From: a virus
Taxonomy: Duplodnaviria > Caudoviricetes
DNA: 53,971 nucleotides
Direction: 5' to 3' (one strand)
Virus record (IMG/VR): IMGVR_UViG_3300032292_000484
Span: 1 to 53,971 of that record
Of this stretch, positions 16,849 to 26,800 are shown in pieces. Each line of letters starts with the position of its first letter. The first letter of the stretch is position 1. The notes under the pieces are model-generated. The model was not told where the DNA came from, searched no databases, and saw only the letters and a program-made list of their open reading frames with translations. The position numbers and the translations under genes are program-made.

Positions 16849-19800
16849 ATGGCTGATGTTCAGTCCAATATTAAAGTAAGTATTGATACTACTGAGGCAC
16901 TTGCCAGTATCAAGAACTTACAGAGACAGATATCAGCCTTCCACACATCCATGGCCAAGAGTGGCGCTGCAGCAAATGCAGTCACTGGCCAAATGCAACA
17001 AAACTTAATTAATTCAATTAATGCTACAGGCAAGTTCTCTGCCCAAATGAGAACAATTAGAACAACTACAGAATCTTTTACAAACTCTTTAGAAAAAAAC
17101 AAATTCTCTATGGGAGAATACTTCAGATATGCTGGAGGTGCATCAAAAAGTTTTGGTAAGTTATTTAAAACTGAGTTTGAGACAATTAATAAAGTAGCAA
17201 GAGAAAATGTAAAAGACCTTCAAACACAATATATTAAGATGGGCCGTGATGCAAACGGTGCCATGAAGTCAATTGCTGTAAGACCACTTTCTCTTGATAT
17301 GAATAATCTTGCAACAAAAACAATGATTGCTTCTGAAAAACAAGCAATTCTTAATCAGCTATTAAAACAAGGTTCAACCAACCTTTTGAATTTTGGTAAA
17401 AATACACAGTGGGCTGGCCGTCAGCTTATGGTTGGATTTACAATACCATTAGTAGCACTGGGTACAGCAGCATCAAAAACATTTATGGACATGGAAGCAC
17501 AAGCAATACGATTTAAAAAGGTATACGGTGATCTATTTACATCAACAGAAGAAACTGCTGGAGCACTAGATGCAATTAAAAACCTTGGAAAAGAGTTTAC
17601 AAAATATGGAGTTGCAGTATCGCAAACAGTCGGATTAGCATCTGAAGCTGCAGCAGCAGGTTTTAAGGGCCTTGATCTTCAAAGACAAACAGCAGCTGCA
17701 ACCAAGCTTTCTATTTTGGGTCAAGTTGAAAGTCAAAAAGCACTTGAAACTACAATTGCTTTACAAAATGCATTCTCAATGTCATCTGAAGATTTAGCAA
17801 CCAATATTGACTTTCTTAACGCAGTAGAAAACCAAACAGTTTTATCTCTTGATGACATATCAACTGCAATTCCAAAAGCAGCACCAGTAATACAACAACT
17901 TGGTGGAGATGTTAAAGATTTAGCATTCTTCATGGCTGCAATGAAGGAAGGTGGAATCAACGCATCAGAAGGTGCTAACGCACTTAAGTCTGGTCTTGCT
18001 TCTATGATTAACCCTACTGCAAAGGCATCGGCAATGCTTTCAGGGCTTGGAATTAATATAAAAAAGATTGTTGTAGACAATAAGGGTGATTTAAAAAAGA
18101 CTGTCGTTGATTTTGCAACAGCTTTAAATCAACTTGATCCACTCAATAGAGCACAGGCTATTGAGCAGATGTTTGGTAAGTTCCAGTTTGCTCGTTTGTC
18201 TACACTTTTTGCAAACGTAACAAAAGAAGGAACTCAGGCATCACGTGTTCTTGATTTAGCTGGATCTTCAATCCAAGATCTTGCAGCTTTATCTGAAAAA
18301 GAATTAGGACAAACTTCAGAGTCTACAATGGTTAAGTTTAAGGCATCTATTGAGAATCTAAAACTATCTTTGGTTCCACTTGGAGAACAATTTCTAAAAA
18401 TAGTAACACCAATTGCCGAATTTGTTACAAAGATGCTGGACAAGTTTAATAATCTTGGAGATGGAACAAAGAAGATTATTGTTTTAGTAACAGGTGTTGT
18501 AGCTGGTCTTGGTCCAGTGTTGCTTATGACATTTGGTTTGCTTATGAATGGGCTTGCAAATATAATTAAGGGCTTTACATTCATGAAGTCTTTATTTAAT
18601 AAAACTGGTCAAGCATCTGCAACTTTAGGAACTGAAGTTAAGTATATGACTACAGAGCAAAGAAATGCAGCAGCGGTTGCAGCTTCTCTTGATCAGGTTC
18701 ATAAAAAGCTTGCACAAACTTTTAGCTCAGAAGCTGCCTCTGTTGATGCACTGACAAGAGCTTACCAAAGATCCATTGCAGCTCAATCACAATTTATGCC
18801 AAGTGGAATGCCTCTTGGTCGTGGGCCAATTAAAAAAAGAGCAAAGGGTAAGCCTTCAACTGTTGGCGGTACAGGAAATAAAGATTCAGAACTAGCATAC
18901 CTAATGCCTGGAGAAACAGTAATTCCTACAGACATGAGCAAGAAGTATGGTGCTTTAATTAATGGAATGATTGCTGATAATATTCCTGGATATCGTAAAG
19001 GACTAGGAACAGGAACAGCGGTTGATATTCCTGGAGGCTTTGCAGCTGCACACTTTGGTGGAAGCTCATATAAAACTGGTGCAGAACTTGTTAAAATGGT
19101 TGAAGGCGTTGACACTGCGTATGCAAAACAAATACGTCAGATGGTTACAGAGCTTAATGGTTTTGGTAGAAACTTTACAGTATTTAGTAATGAAGTTATT
19201 GGTACGTCTACAGAATTAAATAGAGCAGTTGGAAAAACTGGCACTGGAAAAACTGCACCAATTGCATTAGCAAAAAGAGACCTAATAGGATCTGGCGCTG
19301 CAACTAGAGACATTGAGTTGCAAAGACAGCTTGAAGCAGCAGGAGTTCCAATTGAAGAGATTAGAAAGATTAATAAGCAAGTAACAACAAAAATTAAAGA
19401 TGGTTTCTCAAAGCTAGGAAACAAAACAACAGTAGTAGCCGAAGATTTAGATAAGCTCGTTAATGATGCATATTCAGAAATGTCAAAAACAGATGATCGT
19501 GTAAAATCTGCTAGAGACAGAATGAGAAATATTACTGCAGTTACTGATCCAAGAAATGACTCTAGAATTGCCGTAAGTAAAGATCCATACACCAAGTACA
19601 GAAAGTCTGGAGCATACTACGGTGGCATGGAAAGATCTGCTGGACCAGATGCTGTTCCTTATCAAAAAAATGCAAGATTTAAAATTACAAATGCAATGGC
19701 AGGGTCTGTTGGACTTTCATCTAGTGAAACAGCAGCAGTATATAATCAGATGAATGATCAAGCAAAAGTTGCTCTAGCAAAACTTAAGGGCGATGTTGCT

Positions 19801-22800
19801 GCATTTAATTTAGAGTTCCAGAAACAAGCAGAACTTGCGGGACTTAAAATTGGACAATCCTATAAGGTTGGCGTAGATAAAAGCGGTCTAAAAGATATTT
19901 ATGTAGAGTCAAGACAAAGAAATAGCCCACACAGACTAGCTGGTAAAGATGGCAAAGATGATGCAGTTGCATATGTTAGAGCACGTCGTATTGCTACAAG
20001 AGCACAAGGACCTGTACCAATTAGTGTCATTCCAGTTTCTACAACTGGTCCACAAATCATTCCATCTGGTGGCCCTGCAGGCATTCCTTTAGAGGAAGAA
20101 ATGCTTGGTCCTAGAAAACCAACCAAGTATGATAAAACTGCAGGTAAAGCTGTTGGAAAATTTAGAGGGACTGCTGCAAAGATTGGTTCACGTGTTTCAG
20201 GCAGAGGCATGGGAATGGGACTGTCTACAGTTGCAATGATGGGATCTCAAATGATCCCTGGAAAAACTGGAGAGATGGTCCAAAAAATTGGTATGGTTGG
20301 ATTTGCAATTTCTGCATTACAGCCACTTATAACAGGACTTATAGCAGTTGTAGGTGGACTTACAGTTGGAATTGCAGCAGCAATATTAGCTATTGCTGCA
20401 ATTGGATTTGCTTGGGGTAAGGCTACAAAATCAGCATCAGACAAAATTGTAGATTCAGCTAAAAAAGAAGCAGAAGCAAGAGTTGGAAGCGCTAGAGCAA
20501 TAACACAATTTGCAAAAACATTCAATAAGGCACTTCCTAGCTCAAGAGAATTTAGTAGAAATAATACGCAAGGAATTAAGGCAAGCGGAACAATAGAAAG
20601 TGAGTTTGCTAAAGATTATGCAACTAAAGGAAATATCTCTGCACAGATTATTAATCAAGCAGCACTTGGTGGGGCAGAATCAGGAATAAATGCTGTAGCT
20701 CTTGATGTTGCAAATAAAGCAGCGGTACTTGGTTTATCTCCAGATGACATTGCTGCAAACATAAAAGCAGCATCAAAACTAATTGATGCAGATCAAGTAC
20801 AAGTTAAGCTTGCAGTACAAAAACTTCTTTCGCCAGACGGCAAAGACATATTAAAAGAACCACTATCTATTAAAGCTAGAATGGAATTTTTAAATAATCA
20901 AAGTCAGCCACAAATTAAAGCCCTTGAAGAACAGATTACAAATCTAGGTAGCCTTGACCTTGGACATATAAAGGGTACAAAAACTCCTGATGGACTGGCA
21001 CAAAAGTTTAACTTTACTTATAAAGGACTTAAAGAAGCAGCAGGAAAACAGCAATCAATTAATGATGCCTATGCTGAGGGTTGGTGGGGAAATGTAAAGG
21101 GAGTTGCACAACAGGTATGGAGAGAAACCTACGACGGTAGTACGATAGATCATCTTTTAACTACAAGATCGGTTGATGATTTTATCCAAAACATGAACGA
21201 AACAATGCCACAAACCATAGATGTTGTAAAGCAGTTTGCATCAGTAGAAGCAGAAATACAAGCATCAAGTACAGTCCTTTCAATTTCATTTATGCAACAA
21301 ACAGAAGCACTTGCTCTTTTAAATGCACAGTATGCTGATGGATTAATAAGTAAAGAGTCATATGATGCACAGCTAAAAGTATCTCAATCAAACTTCAGCG
21401 CTCTTGGAAAATCATCCTATAACCTAATAAAGCAATTAAATAAAATTGATTCAAGTGGAGAGCTTGCAGGAGCAGCAGTTAAAGATTTAGGAGATCAAGC
21501 ACTAGCAACTCTTAAAGCAGCAAATCCTGCACTATTTGATAAAATAACAAAATCATTTGAAGGAATAAGCAATGCAGCACAAATTCAAATTTATATGGGT
21601 TATGCAAAAGGCAGCTTAACAATAACTGATTTAGCAATACTTCCAGGAATCATTAAACAAATAGATGGCAAAACAGCTACTGTAGCATTAGAGATTATTG
21701 ATGGATCTCAGTTAAGCCCTAGAGCAAAAGCATCGCTAAAAACAAATGCTAAAAGAAAAGATATAAAAAGGGTTGAAGAAAAAATAGCTAACCTAAAAGC
21801 ATTTCCAGGTTCAGATCCAAATGGATATAAACTCAATACATATACACAAGAGCTTGAGATGTATAAGAAGGAGCTTGTAGCACTCTACAGAATAATAAAT
21901 GATACTGGAGTAAATCCAGTTGGAGACTTAAATACAGATGGCGTTAATGATTATAAAAATCTAGAAGATGGAACTGGAAAAGCAAAGACTGCTACAGAAA
22001 AATATCTTGAAGTTCTTCAAAAAGAAATTGATGCACTTAAAGCAAAACGTGATGCACAAAAAGATGCTAACGATGAGGTACAAAGAGAAATAGATTTGAA
22101 GATGAAGTTGCAGGATCTTGCTAACCAAGCAACAGAGGCAAAGATATCTGGTAACTACTTAAAGGCTTCAATGCTTACTCAAGAATCTCAAAATGTACAA
22201 ATGAAGTACAACCAAGAAACAGAATTAAGAAAGAAAGATGCTGAGATTGCAAGACTTGAAGCACGATATAACGCCATTGAGGGCGGTGCTAAGTTAACTA
22301 AGGCAGAGATAGCAAAGATACCTAAGAAGGCTGCTGGTGGCTCTATAAAGGGTCCAGGAACAAGCAAGTCTGACTCTATCCCAGCATATCTTTCAAATGG
22401 TGAATACGTAGTTCAAGCATCATCAGTTGCAAAATATGGAGTAGGGTTTTTTGATTCATTAAATGCCCAGAAATTTGGTGGAGGAAGTCTTGGCTCTGTT
22501 GCTCCAGTTACTAATCCTAGACCTGCTAAAACAAGCCCTCCAAAAATGGAATTGTGGGATTGGGAAAGAGCATGGCAAGAAGCAAATAAGCAGGTTGTTA
22601 AAGTTCCAACTCCAGCCATAAAAACTAACTTTGCTACAAATTCTTTTGCTTTAAATAAAGAACAAAGATTAGAGCTTCAAGCAATCGCAAAAGAACTTAT
22701 TGCTGCACAGGTAAAAGCTATAATTGTTCAAGGACATACAGACTCAGTAGGTAGTGGAAAAGATAATAAAGTTCTTTCACAAAATAGAGCAAATGCTATT

Positions 22801-23391
22801 GCTGAATATATATCAAAATTTGTTCCTGGTACAGGATTTGTTCCAGTAGGATATGGTGAGTATAAGCCACTTGTTCCAAATACAACTGCTGAAAATAGAG
22901 CTAGAAATAGAAGAGCAGAGCTTATTATGCCAGATAAGTATAAAACAATATATCCAGAGTTCCAACCTGCAAAGCATAGATGGATAATTAATCTAGGCAA
23001 ACTTGAGGGCGGAGGCAGCATTCAGGGCGGTGGCATGATGACTAGCGGTGTCGGTCTGAAAGATTCATTTAAGCCGACACCAAAGAAAACAGAACAGCCT
23101 AAAAGAATGTTGGTGTCTGGATTTGCAAACGGTGGACTAGCCAACTATAGACTTCCTTCTTATGAAGTTGGTTCTCCATACATACCTAAAGATCAGATTG
23201 CACAGCTTCATAAGGGTGAGCGTGTGCTAACAGCAGAAGAAAACAAAAACTTTACAACATCTGGCCCAATCACTAATATTATAAATATCAACGGTAGCGA
23301 TTTAAACAAAAAAGAAATTGCAACAGCTGTTATGGTAGAATTAGACAGAGCACAGAAGAAAAACAATAAAACGAATATGGTGAACAACTAA
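16849..23391 (+). CDS. tape measure protein with C-terminal OmpA-like domain
   Basis: 2180 aa, largest gene, follows the chaperones; tape-measure core (GRQLMVGFTIPL...FKKVYG...EGANALKS), two hydrophobic segments, repeated GE.V modules, GHTD...LSQNRA...GYGE..P...N...R.RNRR OmpA signature. Confidence 0.92.
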   Translation: MADVQSNIKVSIDTTEALASIKNLQRQISAFHTSMAKSGAAANAVTGQMQQNLINSINATGKFSAQMRTIRTTTESFTNSLEKNKFSMGEYFRYAGGASKSFGKLFKTEFETINKVARENVKDLQTQYIKMGRDANGAMKSIAVRPLSLDMNNLATKTMIASEKQAILNQLLKQGSTNLLNFGKNTQWAGRQLMVGFTIPLVALGTAASKTFMDMEAQAIRFKKVYGDLFTSTEETAGALDAIKNLGKEFTKYGVAVSQTVGLASEAAAAGFKGLDLQRQTAAATKLSILGQVESQKALETTIALQNAFSMSSEDLATNIDFLNAVENQTVLSLDDISTAIPKAAPVIQQLGGDVKDLAFFMAAMKEGGINASEGANALKSGLASMINPTAKASAMLSGLGINIKKIVVDNKGDLKKTVVDFATALNQLDPLNRAQAIEQMFGKFQFARLSTLFANVTKEGTQASRVLDLAGSSIQDLAALSEKELGQTSESTMVKFKASIENLKLSLVPLGEQFLKIVTPIAEFVTKMLDKFNNLGDGTKKIIVLVTGVVAGLGPVLLMTFGLLMNGLANIIKGFTFMKSLFNKTGQASATLGTEVKYMTTEQRNAAAVAASLDQVHKKLAQTFSSEAASVDALTRAYQRSIAAQSQFMPSGMPLGRGPIKKRAKGKPSTVGGTGNKDSELAYLMPGETVIPTDMSKKYGALINGMIADNIPGYRKGLGTGTAVDIPGGFAAAHFGGSSYKTGAELVKMVEGVDTAYAKQIRQMVTELNGFGRNFTVFSNEVIGTSTELNRAVGKTGTGKTAPIALAKRDLIGSGAATRDIELQRQLEAAGVPIEEIRKINKQVTTKIKDGFSKLGNKTTVVAEDLDKLVNDAYSEMSKTDDRVKSARDRMRNITAVTDPRNDSRIAVSKDPYTKYRKSGAYYGGMERSAGPDAVPYQKNARFKITNAMAGSVGLSSSETAAVYNQMNDQAKVALAKLKGDVAAFNLEFQKQAELAGLKIGQSYKVGVDKSGLKDIYVESRQRNSPHRLAGKDGKDDAVAYVRARRIATRAQGPVPISVIPVSTTGPQIIPSGGPAGIPLEEEMLGPRKPTKYDKTAGKAVGKFRGTAAKIGSRVSGRGMGMGLSTVAMMGSQMIPGKTGEMVQKIGMVGFAISALQPLITGLIAVVGGLTVGIAAAILAIAAIGFAWGKATKSASDKIVDSAKKEAEARVGSARAITQFAKTFNKALPSSREFSRNNTQGIKASGTIESEFAKDYATKGNISAQIINQAALGGAESGINAVALDVANKAAVLGLSPDDIAANIKAASKLIDADQVQVKLAVQKLLSPDGKDILKEPLSIKARMEFLNNQSQPQIKALEEQITNLGSLDLGHIKGTKTPDGLAQKFNFTYKGLKEAAGKQQSINDAYAEGWWGNVKGVAQQVWRETYDGSTIDHLLTTRSVDDFIQNMNETMPQTIDVVKQFASVEAEIQASSTVLSISFMQQTEALALLNAQYADGLISKESYDAQLKVSQSNFSALGKSSYNLIKQLNKIDSSGELAGAAVKDLGDQALATLKAANPALFDKITKSFEGISNAAQIQIYMGYAKGSLTITDLAILPGIIKQIDGKTATVALEIIDGSQLSPRAKASLKTNAKRKDIKRVEEKIANLKAFPGSDPNGYKLNTYTQELEMYKKELVALYRIINDTGVNPVGDLNTDGVNDYKNLEDGTGKAKTATEKYLEVLQKEIDALKAKRDAQKDANDEVQREIDLKMKLQDLANQATEAKISGNYLKASMLTQESQNVQMKYNQETELRKKDAEIARLEARYNAIEGGAKLTKAEIAKIPKKAAGGSIKGPGTSKSDSIPAYLSNGEYVVQASSVAKYGVGFFDSLNAQKFGGGSLGSVAPVTNPRPAKTSPPKMELWDWERAWQEANKQVVKVPTPAIKTNFATNSFALNKEQRLELQAIAKELIAAQVKAIIVQGHTDSVGSGKDNKVLSQNRANAIAEYISKFVPGTGFVPVGYGEYKPLVPNTTAENRARNRRAELIMPDKYKTIYPEFQPAKHRWIINLGKLEGGGSIQGGGMMTSGVGLKDSFKPTPKKTEQPKRMLVSGFANGGLANYRLPSYEVGSPYIPKDQIAQLHKGERVLTAEENKNFTTSGPITNIININGSDLNKKEIATAVMVELDRAQKKNNKTNMVNN

Positions 23392-23867
23392 TGGCATATC
23401 TATTAGAGTCTGGACTTCAAATAGGACTAACGGTAAATGGCCCATGGCAAAAATTAACAGACCACAATAGAGAGCCTATAAATATTACCCCAGAATTGCT
23501 ACAACAAGAAGTACGCATGGCAAATGGCAAAATGAGAAAATATGTTGTTGCTCAAAAAAATACTATTTCGTGTTCTTGGAGCTATGTTCCATCAAAGCAG
23601 TCTGATTGTATTGATGGTAACTACAGTGCTGCTTGGCTTGAATCATTTTATGCATCCAATGCTGGCCTGCCAATTTTCCTAAAGGTTGTATCTTCAGAGC
23701 TTAATACAGACCCAGCCTTTGGAGCATTGCCTTCAGGAACTTTTGTAACAGCTCAGACTGGATCAAAAGTATATAACGTATACATGACTGATTTTTCTAA
23801 AACCATAATTAATAGAACAAAGGTTTCAGACTACGTTGATATGAATATTGAATTTACGGAGATATAA
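23391..23867 (+). CDS. distal tail (Dit-like) protein
   Basis: Directly after TMP; RMANGKMRKY..K..ISCSWS and C-terminal MNIEFTEI are typical of Dit/minor tail proteins. Confidence 0.65.
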   Translation: MAYLLESGLQIGLTVNGPWQKLTDHNREPINITPELLQQEVRMANGKMRKYVVAQKNTISCSWSYVPSKQSDCIDGNYSAAWLESFYASNAGLPIFLKVVSSELNTDPAFGALPSGTFVTAQTGSKVYNVYMTDFSKTIINRTKVSDYVDMNIEFTEI

Positions 23868-26800
23868 TGTTAAATGTAGGGGCATTGACACAAACTCAAA
23901 GTACTGATATATTTACAAAATCAGATTCAATCAAATTGCTTCCAGTAGTTTCTGCTGAGTGGAATCACAACTTATTTAATCCACCATACATTACAACTGC
24001 AGGAACAGGAGCAGTTATAAATTGGACATCAGAGGTAACAACTCCTGATGTAACTACAGGTAAAAAAGAAAATTTTACAACAAAAAGCTTTAATATGTCT
24101 GGCGGTACTGGATCAGTATCATACACAAAATCTGGACTATCTGGAAAAGCATATAAGATAATTACATATATAAAGACAAATAGCTCAACACCAGTTATGA
24201 TAACAGCCTTTGCTAAGGGCACAAGCAATCAGTATGGCTCAGAAAGTATTGAGGCAGACTCATTAGGATGGACTAAAGCTATAACATATATCGGATCTTA
24301 TGGGTCATTAGAAACTATATCTTCTTTTGTATATAAAATAACTGCTAACTCTATAAGTGGTGATGAAGTTAATCCTACCGTTTATTTTACAAAGCCAGAA
24401 ATCTATGAAACAACTAAGTTTGATCTTTATAATAATTCACTGTTTCCTACAGATGCCCCATTTAAATATTTTAGACCAGGTGAGTCTTATGTATCAACTG
24501 GAAATGCAAAGTACTCGTTTCCAGAAAAACATAGAAAAATAACATCAAAGCTTTTGAACACTGAGACTTTATCTGCAGGAGTATATGGGAACAAGTATTC
24601 TCCAATTAGCTCTATTTTACAAAACCCAAGTTTTTTTCTTGCAGCACCACCAATGCCAACAGTAAAGTCTGCACTGCCATCTGATCTTGCACCATATAAA
24701 TACTTTGTTTCAGATTCAACATCAAAAAGCATAACTGCAATATATAAAACAAGCATCTTAACCAATAAACTTGTTTTAAAGTTTAACACATTGATGGCAG
24801 TTCCAACCATAAATATTTCTATAAATGATTCAGTAATTACTGTTGATGGATCTCAAGCGATTGTTCCACCAACAAACTCAGACTCAGTAAGAACTGGAGT
24901 CATCGTTTTGTATTGGACAGGATCAGCTTGGACCAAAACACCTTGGACAACAATGCCACAGTTTAATTCTGCTGGAGCGCTTTCTATTTCAACAAACATA
25001 AATAAAATAACAGTAACTCAAACACTAAGTCAGCCAAAAACAGAGATGTCTTCAGTTACTGGTGTATCAACTCCTACTTCTAATATTGCATTAGACCTAC
25101 AAAGAATGCACCTAATTGAAATATCTCCTAGACTTGAAATAGACTTAACCGATTTTGTAGAAAATGTTGACATAGAAAAGTCTTTAGACTCTGCTAAAAC
25201 TGCACTACCATTATCTTCAATAAATACAAATGATGCAAGAATAAGTTTGTCTGCAATACCAGCTATTAATGGATCAACACTTGTGCCAATCTTTTCTAGC
25301 CAAAGCAATCAAACATCAACAGTACTTGCAAATATTTTAAGAAAGAATATTAAATTTTATATTAACTTTAACCTTGTTGATTATGTCACTGCTGGATCAA
25401 CACCAACTATTAACTCAAACCCATATATTCCAGGAGGAGTTTTTTATTCAGATACTTGGGAAGAAAATGATATTGCAAATGTGTCAATACAGTGTTTTGA
25501 TGTTTCAAGATATTTACAATCAACACCAGTTCCAGACTATGTGGCAAACTTAAAAACTGTTTTTGAAGTAATAACTAATATCCTAGATCTTGCGGGATTT
25601 ACAGATTACGACTATGATTCACTATATAAGATATGTAACAGCAAGTCTAACCCACTAGACTTATCATATTACTACTGTAACTCAAAAGACACCACAGTAC
25701 TTGATGCCCTAAGCCAAATATTTATTGCCTATCAGATAGGTGCCTACATTGATGAATACGGTATCATGAAGTTTTTAAGCCTTAAAGACATATTGTCTTC
25801 CCCTGCATCAATAATGACAATATCAGACTCTGATATTCTAGAAGGTGGTTTTACTATATCCAACGCTGCTAAGCCAGGAAAAATAGCTTTAAGGTATCAA
25901 ACACCTAAGGTTAAGCAGTCGCCATCATTACAAAATGTAACAAACTTAGAAATAAAAAATTCACCTTCTTTTATTTACACAACCTCAAACGATGTTGTAT
26001 GGCAGCAGCAAACAATAGACTCTGTTGGATTTAATTATCTTGATGCCACTATGTCAGAGGATTCAAATGTTTTTAAAATTAATAATAATGACCTTATGGA
26101 TATATTCCATACCTTTAATATGAATAATGAAGGTTATGCAGCAATTGAAAACGAAATTGTTTCTTTTGTATATAAAGAGTACGAATTAACTAATATGGAT
26201 AACAACAATTCTAAAAAAGTATCCATTAAAAATAATCTTCAGTTGTCTTCAGAAATAAATCAATTTATAAAAGAGTCTGGCGTTCTTTTAAAACAGAAAT
26301 CCGCAATAGTCACAAATGCAATTGGAGATGGAGTTTTAACGACCTACACTGCAGAAAATAATTTTGCAACAGGAGATAGAATTACTATAAGTGGTATGGT
26401 TCCAACAGAGTTTAATATTTCTGGAACAGTTCTTGAAGCAGACTCAACTAGCTTTATAATGCTTACAACTTCTCATTCACTTAATCCAGTAACTAAAGCA
26501 GGTGCTGCAATTACTGCTAGCACATCAGATATTCTTATAACTCCAACAGGAAACATTACAAATGTAAAGCGTGGTATGTTTGGAACGGCTGCATCAGAGC
26601 ATAAAAGAATAACTTCATTAGCAAGCAAGGGTTTGTCTGAAAAAAAGATTGATGGATACTACAATACAATATCATCATCTAACACAGCCTCTATTATAAA
26701 CAGCAAGACAGCAAATGCAAGCATAACAGATATTCTGCCAAGCATTGACAAGATTAGAGTGCAAACATTTGGTACTGATAAAACTATTATATATCCTACA

